From assembly GCA_963696385.1 (NCBI GenBank), contig CAVOKF010000007.1:1216001-1280000 (forward strand): a stretch of DNA of 64,000 nucleotides, in the 5' to 3' direction. Below, in pieces: positions 48,992 through 58,570 of the stretch. The stretch is from an uncultured delta proteobacterium (GTDB lineage Bacteria; Myxococcota_A; Polyangia; Polyangiales; Polyangiaceae). How positions within the stretch are numbered: position 1 is the first letter of the stretch; every line of letters begins with the position of its first letter. Below the pieces are notes generated by a model. It saw nothing but the letters and a program-made list of their open reading frames with translations. It was not told the origin of the DNA and did no database searches. The translations under genes were made by a program, and so were the position numbers.

Positions 48992-50815
48992 ATGCTGGCC
49001 GAACAAGCGACGAGCGCGCGCGATCCGTTCTTGATCCGCCTGGCTCGAGGCCTGCTGGTCGCTCTCGCCCTCGTGCTTCCGTTCGAGGCACCGCTCTTTC
49101 GCCTCGGGCCCCTGCAGATCACGACGGTCGAGCTCGTGCTCTACGCCCTGCTCGCCGCGTGGGCCGTCGCGTTGGCGTCCGATGGGATCGGACATCGCGC
49201 GGCCGTGTCCAAGGCCATGGCGGCGCTCCGCACGGACACGATGGTCCAGGCGGCGATCGTCTGGGCGACGGTCAACTTTGCATCCGCCCTGGTGGCTCCC
49301 TCGTACCGAAGCGCGGCGCTCAAGTTCGCGCTGCGAACCTTGAGCGGCGTGCTCGCGTTTTTCGCTGTCCGCTCTCTGGCTCGCCGTTCGGACACCGGCC
49401 GGGTTCTGATCCTCGCGCTGTTGTCGGGTGCCCTGGTGTCGGCGACCACCGCGGTGGTCGAGTCGCTCGTGCCGGCCAGTGCGTCGCTCTGGGAGCCATT
49501 TCGTGCCGGGCACTTCACGACCTTCGGTTTGATGCGAGCGAGCGGCGTCTTCGCGTATCCGACAATCGGGGCCATGTACTGGGAGGCGGCGGTGCCGCTG
49601 CTGGTCGTCGCGCCGTTTCTCGGCAAGCGACCGCGCTCCGAACGGCGTGCGTGGGGCGGCGCAGTATCCGTCGTGCTGGGCAGCGCCCTGCTCGTCGGGG
49701 CCATTCTTGCCAGCGCGACGCGTTCCGCACTCGTCGGCGCCGCGGTAGTCGCTGCGGCCATGGGCGGCCTCGGCTTGAGATCCGGGGTCGCGATCCCGCG
49801 CGCCGCCACCGGCGCTCTGGCCGTCGTCGCGCTGCTGTCGGCGATTCCGCTCGTGACCCCAGGCTCCGACTCGCTGCTCGGTCAAAGGCTGCGTTGGTGG
49901 CACGACGACACCTGGTTTCGCGCCGACTACAGGGTCGGTACCGCACCGCATGCGGTCTCCTTTGGGGAGGTCTTCTCCGTTCCGGTCACGGTCACCAATA
50001 CGGGCACGCTCGGCTGGACGCGGGCAGGGGCCCACGCCTTCCACCTCGCATACCACTGGGTAGAACCCGATGGCTCCATGTCGCCCGAGGATTTCGAGGG
50101 AATGCGCACCGAACTGCCGGCGGACGTGCCACCGGGCGGCGCGATCGAAATCGTCGGTCGAGCGCGGGCGCCCGCCACGGCGGGGACCTACCGGCTGCGC
50201 TGGGACCTCCTGCAGGATGACGTGACCTGGTTTAGCCAACGGGGCAATCCGATGCCCGAGCAACAGGTCGACGTGACGGCCGAAGCGACCGAAGTGGCCA
50301 CCGAGAACGAAGGACGGCCTGCCGCATCGTCGGTCGACGTCGCAAGCCCCGATCCGTCTCTACCGCGCAGGGTGCTGTGGCGAGCCGCCGTCGCCCTTTG
50401 GCGCACCCGACCGCTGCTGGGCGTTGGCCCCGACAACTTCCGGCGCCGCTACGGGGCCGTGCTCTCGCCTGCCCCGAACGGCCAGTCCGACGCGGACACG
50501 AGCATCCACGCCAACAGCCTCTACTTTGAAACGCTCGCCGACCTTGGGCTCGCGGGTGTGGCGGCGCTAGCCCTGATCGGCTTGGGCCTCGTGCGGCGGG
50601 TGCGGGCTCACCATTCGGCGAACGGCCTTTCGGGCCTCGCCTCCGGCGTGGCGGCCGGGGCTTTCTTCGTGCACGGATGGCTCGACTACTTCTGGGAATT
50701 CACACCGCTTTTTGGCCTATTCTGGGTGCTGTTGGGATGGACGGCAGCAACGACTGCGACGCAACCGTCAGCCGAAGCGCTCCGAGGCAGCACGCCGTCA
50801 GGGCAAGCTCCGTGA
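48992..50815 (+). CDS. O-antigen ligase/Wzy_C family protein with an inserted Ig-like domain
   Basis: RASGVFAYP, SATRSAL, insert VTVTNTGTLGW..LAYHW..APATAGTYRLRWDL..WFS, then PLLGVGPDNF, HANSLYFETLADLG. Confidence 0.78.
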   Translation: MLAEQATSARDPFLIRLARGLLVALALVLPFEAPLFRLGPLQITTVELVLYALLAAWAVALASDGIGHRAAVSKAMAALRTDTMVQAAIVWATVNFASALVAPSYRSAALKFALRTLSGVLAFFAVRSLARRSDTGRVLILALLSGALVSATTAVVESLVPASASLWEPFRAGHFTTFGLMRASGVFAYPTIGAMYWEAAVPLLVVAPFLGKRPRSERRAWGGAVSVVLGSALLVGAILASATRSALVGAAVVAAAMGGLGLRSGVAIPRAATGALAVVALLSAIPLVTPGSDSLLGQRLRWWHDDTWFRADYRVGTAPHAVSFGEVFSVPVTVTNTGTLGWTRAGAHAFHLAYHWVEPDGSMSPEDFEGMRTELPADVPPGGAIEIVGRARAPATAGTYRLRWDLLQDDVTWFSQRGNPMPEQQVDVTAEATEVATENEGRPAASSVDVASPDPSLPRRVLWRAAVALWRTRPLLGVGPDNFRRRYGAVLSPAPNGQSDADTSIHANSLYFETLADLGLAGVAALALIGLGLVRRVRAHHSANGLSGLASGVAAGAFFVHGWLDYFWEFTPLFGLFWVLLGWTAATTATQPSAEALRGSTPSGQAP

Positions 50816-52028
50816 GGACGGTCGCCCACGCCGCGCCGGGCCCATGGGCCCGTGGAATGAGGGCGAGGTCGAGGAGGACGTTGAGCACGAGCATCGCCAG
50901 AGCCAACCGTTGGGTCATCGTACCCATGTCCCGGGCCACCAAGAAGTGCGTGAGGCCGTAGTTCAGAAAAAGCAGGGGCATCCCCAACGCGAGTACGCGC
51001 ATCGAAGGGACGGCTCGGCCAAAGCCCGTGCCGAAGACCCCCCGGATGAGAGGCGTCCCGCCCACGAAACACGTCGCTCCGACCAAGAGGCCGAGTCCGA
51101 GCAGCAAGAGGCCGATCTGCCGCTCGAGGCGGCGCTGGATCGGGGGATGGCCATGCGCGCGCGCGAGCTGCGGGAACGTGACCGATAGAAGCACCGACGG
51201 CAGGATCATCGCCCCCTCGAAGATCTTGAACGCGGCTCCGTACAGTCCGAGTTCGGCGTCCCCAGCCATCGAGCGCAAGAACAGAGTGTCGATTTTGAAA
51301 TAGAGCATCGAGCAAAGCCCGGCAAACCAGAGCGGCAACGCCTGGGCGAGCGCCGCTTTGGCCAGCACCCGATCGAGCTTCGGGCGCTCGATCCGCACCT
51401 GTCTCGCGAACGGATGCAGCCGTCGCAAGACCACCGCGCCGTAGAGACCCCCTCCCAGATTCGCCGCGGCAATGCTGCTGCACAAGCCGATGAGCGATCG
51501 AGCCACCGTGAGGGTGGTCAATCCGGCGACGCCAAACAAGAGCGCCCGGAATGCGTTGACCCGCGCTTCGTCCCCGAAGCGTTCGTAACCGCGGAAAATC
51601 GCGGCGAAATGCTCGAGGAACGCATTGACGAGGGCCGCGATGCCCAGCAGGATTATGGCTGCGCGTGCCTCGCCGCGCGCTGCGAACATCGCCACGGCCA
51701 GTACGGCGACCGCGTACGGGAGCGCAGCGAGGCTTCGGATGGCCAGCCCGACTTGGACGATTCCCCGGCCTGCGAGCAACTGCGCGTCGCTGTCGACCCG
51801 GCACCGCGCCAATGCGCGTGTCGTCCATACGCCGAGCCCGAGGTCCGTGCCGAGCGCGAGCAGGGCCGTTACCGTCGAAGCGAAGACGAACCGGCCAAAT
51901 GCGGCCTCGCCGAGCACAGGCGCCACGGCAACCACCACGACCAGTCGGCAGACCCGTTCGAGGCCGATGGAGAGGGCCTTGAGCGAAAGGTTTCGGATCG
52001 CTCCGCCCAGCATGCGGCCCGGCGCCAT
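50700..52028 (-). CDS. Wzx-type oligosaccharide flippase
   Basis: Many TM segments; LGEAAFGRF, DLGL, LYFKIDTLFL..ELGLYGAA, FPQLAR, LNVLLDLALIP..GAAWAT. Confidence 0.88.
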   Translation of the reverse strand: MAPGRMLGGAIRNLSLKALSIGLERVCRLVVVVAVAPVLGEAAFGRFVFASTVTALLALGTDLGLGVWTTRALARCRVDSDAQLLAGRGIVQVGLAIRSLAALPYAVAVLAVAMFAARGEARAAIILLGIAALVNAFLEHFAAIFRGYERFGDEARVNAFRALLFGVAGLTTLTVARSLIGLCSSIAAANLGGGLYGAVVLRRLHPFARQVRIERPKLDRVLAKAALAQALPLWFAGLCSMLYFKIDTLFLRSMAGDAELGLYGAAFKIFEGAMILPSVLLSVTFPQLARAHGHPPIQRRLERQIGLLLLGLGLLVGATCFVGGTPLIRGVFGTGFGRAVPSMRVLALGMPLLFLNYGLTHFLVARDMGTMTQRLALAMLVLNVLLDLALIPRAHGPGAAWATVLTELALTACCLGALRLTVASQSLLPSIPTAPRIGQKAV

Positions 52029-52035
52029 CCTGCGT

Positions 52036-54027
52036 TCAGCCTCGAAGCTCCCGAAGCGTGTCGCGCAAGACCGCCGAACCTGTGCGTGCGAGGATTCGAG
52101 CGTCCAGTGCAAGGCTCCATTCGCGCAGGTACTGGAGATCCAAACGCAGCCGCTCGGCGATGGACGACTTGTCCCCACGCAGGCCGTTCACCTGAGCCCA
52201 TCCCGTGATCCCCGGTCGCATCAGATGGCGAGTGCGGAAGCCGGGCAGGTCCCGTTCGATGCGCGCGACACGCTCGGGCATCTCGGGGCGCGGGCCGATG
52301 AGGCTCATCTGCCCTTTGAGCACGTTCCACAATTGGGGCAGCTCGTCGAGGCCCAGGGGCCGCAACACGCCACCCACACGCGTCACCCGGCCCCGACCAT
52401 CCATCGTGCGCAGCTTGACCAACGTAAAGGGGCGTTGGTGGAGGCCCGTACGACGCTGATAAAAGAGCGCTGGCCCGGGCGATTCGAGTCGGATGAGAGT
52501 CGCCATGGCGGCCATGAACGGTGCGGTGAGCGCGAGCCCGGAGGCCGCCACCGTGACGTCCACGAACCGCTTCACGGCCCGGCCAGCCCAGGGGTGGCTG
52601 TCCACGCGGCGCCGCGTCGTCGAGGGGTCGGTCCCGTTGTCCGGCGCGATCGGGTTGTCCGGCGCGATCGGGTTGTCCGGCGCGATCGGGTGACCCGGCT
52701 CGATCGGGTGACCCGGCTCGATCGGGTGACCCGGCTCGATCGGGTGACCCGGCTCGATCGGGTGACCCGGCTCGATCGCGTCATCCGGCGCCGTCGGCCT
52801 GTCCGGCGCGGTCCCATCGGCCGCACGTACCGTCCGAGCGAAGGCCGCAGCACTCATGACTCCGCTCCCATTGTGACCGTCGCTTTTCTGCGCGTTTCGA
52901 CGGGCGCGCCGCGCGTCCTCCACGGCTTCGGCGAATCTTCGTTCGAAGTGCCCGCGGTCAAAGCGCTTCGCGAAAGCCTGGAGCCGGGCTGGATCGAACG
53001 AGTGCTGCACACGCGCGAACCGGTCCAGGGCTTGCCGGACCGCCGCCACAGTCGGCGTCTCGATGAGCAGACCCGTCTCTCCGTCACGAACGATTTCGAG
53101 CGCTCCGCCTTCGGCGACTGCGATCACCGGCTTTCCCGCCGACAGAGCCTCGGCCATCACCATGCCGAAGTCGTCGACCCCGGTATGCAAAAGGGCTCGC
53201 GAGTTCGCGCAGAGCGCGTCGAGCTTGGCCTCGTCCACGCGCGGCAGCAGCGTCACATTCGGACCTGCGAGCCGTTCGAGTCGTGCACGCTCGGGCCCTT
53301 CACCGACCACGACGAGCCGCTCCACACGTCCCTGAAATGCGCGCAAAGCAAGATCGACCCGCTTGCTTGGAACGAGCGCCGATACCAAAAGAAACGGTGC
53401 CTCGCCGTCGACGGGAGCGGCACGCGCCGCGGCGCGCTCGAAACGGCAGGTATCGATCGGCGGCTCGATCACGAGCGCGTCGCGCTGGTAATAGCGCTGG
53501 ATCCGGTCGCGTGTGTACGCGCTGTTGGCAATCAAGACGTGGGGCCGCGCTGCAGCCACCGCCTCCCAGCGGCGCAAATAATGTGCCGTGCTCCGAAACG
53601 CGGCGCGCCCGAGCCTCCCCGCCGGCACACGAGCCTCGTAGGCTGGCTGCGCCTCCCGCACGTAGCGGATCGTCGAATGGAGATACGCGACGTGCACGGC
53701 CGAGGGCCGTGCGATGGCGCCCATCGCGACGCAATGGCTGCTCGAGACGACCAAGGCGTACGGGGCAAGATTGAAAGACTCCACGGCGAGCGGAAAGAGC
53801 GGCAGGAGCGCCCGGAAACGCCCGCTGACAAATGGGGCCCTCGCCACGCGATCGATCGGTGAGGTCGTGGCCCGTCGCTCGGCGAGTGCCGGCGACAGGC
53901 CCGCTGCGTTCCGCGTGAGAGTAAAGATATGCGCCTGCGGGAACACTCCGCAGAGCACCTCGAGAACACGCTCACCACCCCTCATGGTCGTGAGCCAATC
54001 GTGAACGATAGCCACGGACTCGTGCAT
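52036..54027 (-). CDS. GT4 glycosyltransferase fused to a bacterial sugar (priming phosphoglycosyl) transferase domain
   Basis: GT4: HDWLTTMRGGERVL, SSSHCVA, DDFGMVMAEAL. C-terminal part: KRFVD, PGPALFYQRRTG, KLRTM, LDELPQLWNVLKGQMSLIGPRPE. Confidence 0.85.
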   Translation of the reverse strand: MHESVAIVHDWLTTMRGGERVLEVLCGVFPQAHIFTLTRNAAGLSPALAERRATTSPIDRVARAPFVSGRFRALLPLFPLAVESFNLAPYALVVSSSHCVAMGAIARPSAVHVAYLHSTIRYVREAQPAYEARVPAGRLGRAAFRSTAHYLRRWEAVAAARPHVLIANSAYTRDRIQRYYQRDALVIEPPIDTCRFERAAARAAPVDGEAPFLLVSALVPSKRVDLALRAFQGRVERLVVVGEGPERARLERLAGPNVTLLPRVDEAKLDALCANSRALLHTGVDDFGMVMAEALSAGKPVIAVAEGGALEIVRDGETGLLIETPTVAAVRQALDRFARVQHSFDPARLQAFAKRFDRGHFERRFAEAVEDARRARRNAQKSDGHNGSGVMSAAAFARTVRAADGTAPDRPTAPDDAIEPGHPIEPGHPIEPGHPIEPGHPIEPGHPIAPDNPIAPDNPIAPDNGTDPSTTRRRVDSHPWAGRAVKRFVDVTVAASGLALTAPFMAAMATLIRLESPGPALFYQRRTGLHQRPFTLVKLRTMDGRGRVTRVGGVLRPLGLDELPQLWNVLKGQMSLIGPRPEMPERVARIERDLPGFRTRHLMRPGITGWAQVNGLRGDKSSIAERLRLDLQYLREWSLALDARILARTGSAVLRDTLRELRG
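52636..52813. repeat. 18-bp in-frame tandem repeat in the interdomain linker
   Basis: 3x GTTGTCCGGCGCGATCGG, 5x GTGACCCGGCTCGATCG(G) and 2 degenerate units; encodes (IEPGHP)5(IAPDN[PG])3. Confidence 0.92.
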
Positions 54028-54132
54028 AGCCGGCCGCGCAGTTTAGGCTCGAACACCCGTCCAGGGCCACTCCACCCTTACCGGATCGGCGCGGCAGGCA
54101 ACCGCACACCGAGCTAGAGCATCACAGTCCGC

Positions 54133-55287
54133 GTGCGCTATCTGATCGCCATCGGCTCCGTGGTCCTGCTCGTCGCGGGGCTCGCCAGCATAAAGTACGC
54201 GCAGATTGCCTCGCTCATCCGCTTCGGCAAACAGGCGCAGAAGGCGGGGCCTCCACCCGAGACCGTGAGCTCGGCGGTCGCCGAGAGCAAGGTCTGGGAA
54301 GGAACGCTCACGTCGGTCGGGAGCATCGCGCCCGTGCGCGGGGTCGCGCTCAGCAACGACGCGCCGGGCGTCGTCCAGCGGATCCTCTTCGAGTCCGGCG
54401 ACGTCGTTCGACAAGGCCAGGTGCTGCTGCAGCTCGATAGCAGCGTCGAGCGCGCCCAGCTCGCCTCCACGGCGTCCCGGCGCGACCTCGCCTCGATCAA
54501 CGCCGGCCGCACGCGCGCGCTCGTGGGGTCCGGCGCGCTCGCCCCGTCGCAGCTCGACAACGACGACTACGCCTACAAGACGTCGACCAAGGACGTGACT
54601 GCGCTCCAGGCGCAGATCGACCGCAAGACGGTGCGGGCTCCATTCGCCGGGCGCCTCGGCATCCGGGCGGTCAACCTCGGGCAGTATCTGAACGCCGGGA
54701 CCCCGATCACGGTGCTCGAGGCCATCGACTCGGTGTACGTCGACTTCTCGCTGCCGCAGCAGGCGCTGTCCGAGGTGAAGGTGGGCATGCCCGTTCGCGT
54801 GACGATCGAGGGCGCGAACACCGCCCCCAGCGACGGCGTCATCCGCGCCATCGACCCCGAGGTCGACGCGAGCACGCGATCCATCAAGCTCCGGGCAAGC
54901 GTCCCCAACCAGCAGGAGAAGCTGCGGCCTGGAATGTTCGCGAACGTCACGGTGGTCCTGCCCACGCAGCCCGCGCAGGTCACCATTCCGGCCACGGCCC
55001 TGGTGCACGCCGCTTACGGCGACTCGGTCTTCGTCGTGGAAGACAAGAAGAACGACGGGGGCCAGGTCGTGCTGGCGTCGGACGGCAAGCCGGTGGACGT
55101 CGCGCGTCAGCAGTTCGTGAAGGTCGGCCAGGCGCGCGGCGACTTCGTCTCCGTGCTCGACGGCGTGACTGCGGGCACCACGGTCGTCGCGGCCGGGGCC
55201 TTCAAGTTGCACAACGGCTCGCGCATCGTCGTCAACAACGACGTCAAGCCGAGCGCCTCTCTCGACCCCCATCCAGCGAACCGGTGA
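54133..55287 (+). CDS. RND efflux periplasmic adaptor (MexH/MexV-like)
   Basis: N-terminal anchor, LFESGDVVRQGQVLLQLD, RAPFAGRLG, IDPEVDASTRS, LRPGMF. Confidence 0.92.
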   Translation: MRYLIAIGSVVLLVAGLASIKYAQIASLIRFGKQAQKAGPPPETVSSAVAESKVWEGTLTSVGSIAPVRGVALSNDAPGVVQRILFESGDVVRQGQVLLQLDSSVERAQLASTASRRDLASINAGRTRALVGSGALAPSQLDNDDYAYKTSTKDVTALQAQIDRKTVRAPFAGRLGIRAVNLGQYLNAGTPITVLEAIDSVYVDFSLPQQALSEVKVGMPVRVTIEGANTAPSDGVIRAIDPEVDASTRSIKLRASVPNQQEKLRPGMFANVTVVLPTQPAQVTIPATALVHAAYGDSVFVVEDKKNDGGQVVLASDGKPVDVARQQFVKVGQARGDFVSVLDGVTAGTTVVAAGAFKLHNGSRIVVNNDVKPSASLDPHPANR

Positions 55288-55291
55288 GGCC

Positions 55292-58200
55292 GTGAGGTTC
55301 ACCGACATCTTCATTCGCCGGCCCGTGCTGGCGATCGTCGTCAACCTCATCGTCATCATCGCCGGGCTTCAGGCCATCCGCACGCTCAACGTGCGGCAAT
55401 ACCCCAAGCTCGAGAGCGCCACGGTGAGCGTGCGCACGGTGTACGTCGGGGCCAACGCGGAGCTCGTACGCGGGTTCATCACTACGCCGCTCGAGCGCGC
55501 GATCGCCGCGGCCGACGGCATCGACTACATCGAGTCGCAGAGCGTCCAGGGGCTGTCGACGATCAGCGTGCGCCTGAAGCTCAACTTCAATGCGGCCAAT
55601 GCTCTGGCCGACATCAGCGCCCGCGTGAACCAGGTGCGCGCCGACCTGCCCCCCGAGGCCGAGATCCCCGCCATCAACATCGAACCATCGGACGCCCAGA
55701 TCGCGGCGATGTACCTGAGCTTCGGCTCCACCATCCTCGAGCAGAACCAGGTCACCGACTACCTCATCCGGGTCGTCCAGCCGCGGCTGTCGGCCATCGA
55801 AGGCGTTCAGCGGGCCGAGATCCTCGGCGGGCAGACCTTCGCCATCCGCGCCTGGCTCAAGCCGGACAAGATGGCGGCCCTGAACGTGAGCCCGTCGCAG
55901 GTGCGGCAGGCGCTCTCGGCCAACAACTACCTGGCCGCCGTGGGGCAGACCAAGGGGGCGCTCGTCCAAATCAACCTCACCGCATCGACCGACCTGAAGT
56001 CGGTGGACGAGTTCCGCAAGCTCGTGATCCGGCGCGAGGGCGACACGCTCGTGCGTCTCGAGGACATCGCCGACGTCGTCCTGGGCGCCGACTCCTACGA
56101 CACCGACGTCCGGCTCTCGGGCAACAAGGCGGTATTCATGGGCGTCTGGGTGCTGCCCAACGCCAACTCGGTCGATGTCATTGCCCGCGTCCGCAGGGAG
56201 ATGGACATCGTCCGCGCCGAGCTTCCCACCGGCATGAACGCGGTCATCGCCTTCGACTCCACCACGTACATCGACAGCGCCATCCACGACGTCGTCCACA
56301 CCCTGGTCGAGACGGTGCTCATCGTCATCGTCGTCATCTTCTTGTTTCTCGGGTCGCTCCGCACGCGTGCTCGTGCCCCTGGTCGCAATCCCGGTGTCGC
56401 TCATCGGCGCCGTGTTCCTCATGCAGGTTCTCGGCTTCACGGTGAACCTGCTCACGCTGCTGGCCATCGTGTTGGCCGTGGGGCTCGTCGTGGACGACGC
56501 GATCGTCGTGGTCGAGAACGTCGAACGGAACATGCGCGACGGCAAGAGCGCGCTCGACGCTGCGCTCGTGGGCGCGCGGGAGCTCGTGGGTCCTATCATC
56601 GCCATGACCATCACGCTGGCGGCGGTGTACGCGCCCATCGGCTTCCAGGGTGGCTTGACCGGCGCGCTGTTCCGCGAGTTCGCGTTTACGCTGGCCGGCG
56701 CCGTGTTCATCTCGGGCGTCGTCGCACTGACGCTCTCGCCGATGATGTCGTCGAAGTTGCTCCGGCCCTACGCGAGCCACGGCTGGCTGACGCGCAGCAT
56801 CGACCGTGGCTTCGACTTCGTGCGGACGACCTACGATCGCGCGCTCGGCGCGACGCTCGGAGCCCGGCCCGCCGTCTACGTCGTCTGGATCGTCCTGTCG
56901 CTGATGGTGGTTCCGCTCTACTTGCTGTCGCCGACCGAGCTCGCCCCGAACGAGGACCAGGGCGTTGTCTTCGGCGCGCTCGACGTGCCGGCCAACGCGA
57001 CCCTCGAGCAGCTCGATTCGTACGTCACCCAGGTGCAACACATCTTCGCGAGCGAGCCGGAGTTCGAGCAGAGCTTCCAGATCACGTTCCCGGGCAGCGG
57101 CTTCGGCGGCATGCTCGCCAAGCCATGGGACGAGCGCAAGCGCAGCATCTTCCCCATCCAGGTCGAGCTCAACGGCAAGCTGGCAGCCGTCGCGGGGCTG
57201 CGGTCGCCCGCATTCCTGCCGGCGGCTTTGCCCAGCCCGGGTACGTTCCCCGTCGAATTCGTGATCGCGTCCACCGCCAGCCACGACGAGATGGTGCGCT
57301 ACGCGGGCCAGCTGGTGCAGGAGGCCGTCAAGAGCGGTCTGTTCGCGTTCCCGCCGATCGTGGACGTGAAGATCGACGAAGAGAGCGACGAGATCGTCCT
57401 CGACCGCGACAAGATCTCGTCGATGGGGTTGACGCTGCAGCAGGTGGGCACCGATCTGTCATCGATGGTCGGCGGCAACTTCGTCAACCGCTTCAACATC
57501 GACGGCAGGGCCTACAAGGTCATCGCGCAGATCGAGCGTGCCGGCCGCCTCACCGCCGATCAGCTCGAGAAGATCTACATCTCGGGCCCGGGCGGCCAGC
57601 TCATGCCCTTGTCCGCGGTGGCGACGATGCGCCAGGGCGTCGAGCCCCGATCGCTCAACCGCTTCCAGCAGCTCAACGCCGTGAAGATCTCGGGCCTCGC
57701 GCCGCGTGGGCTCGAGGGTGGACTGCGCATCCTCGAGGACGCAGCGGCAAGGATCCTGCCGCCGGGCTACCGCGTCGATTACACGGGCGAGTCGCGGCAA
57801 CTGCGGCAAGAGGGTGGCAAGTTCTTGCCCGCGATGGGGCTCGCCGTGATCCTCATCTTCCTCGTGCTCGCGGCGCAGTTCAATTCGTTCCGGGACCCGC
57901 TCGTCATCCTCGCCGGGTCCGTCCCGCTCGCGATGTTCGGCGCGCTCATTTTCACCTTCCTGAAGTTCTCGGGGCCCCCTGGGTTGGGCTTCAAGCTGAC
58001 CGATGGCTGGACGACGACGCTCAACATTTACTCCGAGGTGGGCCTGGTCACGCTCGTCGGGCTCATCTCGAAGAACGCCATCCTCATCGTCGAGTTCGCG
58101 AACGTCCAGCAGGAGGCCGGCATGAGCAAGGTCGCCGCGGTCCGCGCGGCGGCCACCACGCGCCTGCGCCCGATCCTGATGACCACGGTGGCGACCGTAG

Positions 58201-58430
58201 CCGGCCACTTCCCGCTCACGCTCGTCACCGGTGCCGGCGCTGTCGCCAGGAACTCGATCGGCATCGTGCTCGTGGGCGGCATGTCGATCGGCACGCTGTT
58301 CACGCTGTTCGTGGTGCCTTCCGTCTATGTTCTGCTCGCCAAGGATCATTCCCACGAGCGGGCCGCGGCGGGCGAGAGGGGCGCGGCCGCCGAGCGTGCC
58401 GAGTTGGGCGCGCCTGCCATCGCCGAGTGA
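55292..58430 (+). CDS. RND efflux permease (MexI/MexW-like), frameshifted at about 56366
   Basis: MRFTDIFIRRPV..FLFLGSLRT, then after one extra base VLVPLVAIPVSLIG..GLVVDDAIVVVENV..KNAILIVEFA..RLRPILMT. Confidence 0.9.
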
Positions 58431-58570
58431 CCGGCGGCCGGGCAACCATCCTGCGCCCGGCCCCGCGCCCGACGGCACCTCGACTCGCGAACGGAACTGT
58501 CTTGCCCCTGGCGACATCGAACGGGGGCAACGGTCCCCCCCAACAATCCGAACCCGTCTGAGGAGTCGCC

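Noticed and set aside
52636..52813. Regular short repeats as a possible CRISPR array
   Set aside because: Units are contiguous with no unique spacers, in-frame inside a CDS, and no cas genes are nearby
46790..53862. Long plus-strand ORFs 46790-48904 and 51625-53862, and similar long overlapping ORFs elsewhere
   Set aside because: No recognisable motifs; antisense shadows expected in high-GC DNA opposite well-supported genes
58490..58525. GGAACT-containing ECF-type promoter upstream of the NmrA gene
   Set aside because: The -10 element is ambiguous and there is no second instance to support it
56367..58561. C-terminal part of the 1089-aa ORF 55292-58561
   Set aside because: Off-frame after the extra base at 56366; RND motifs continue in 56367-58430
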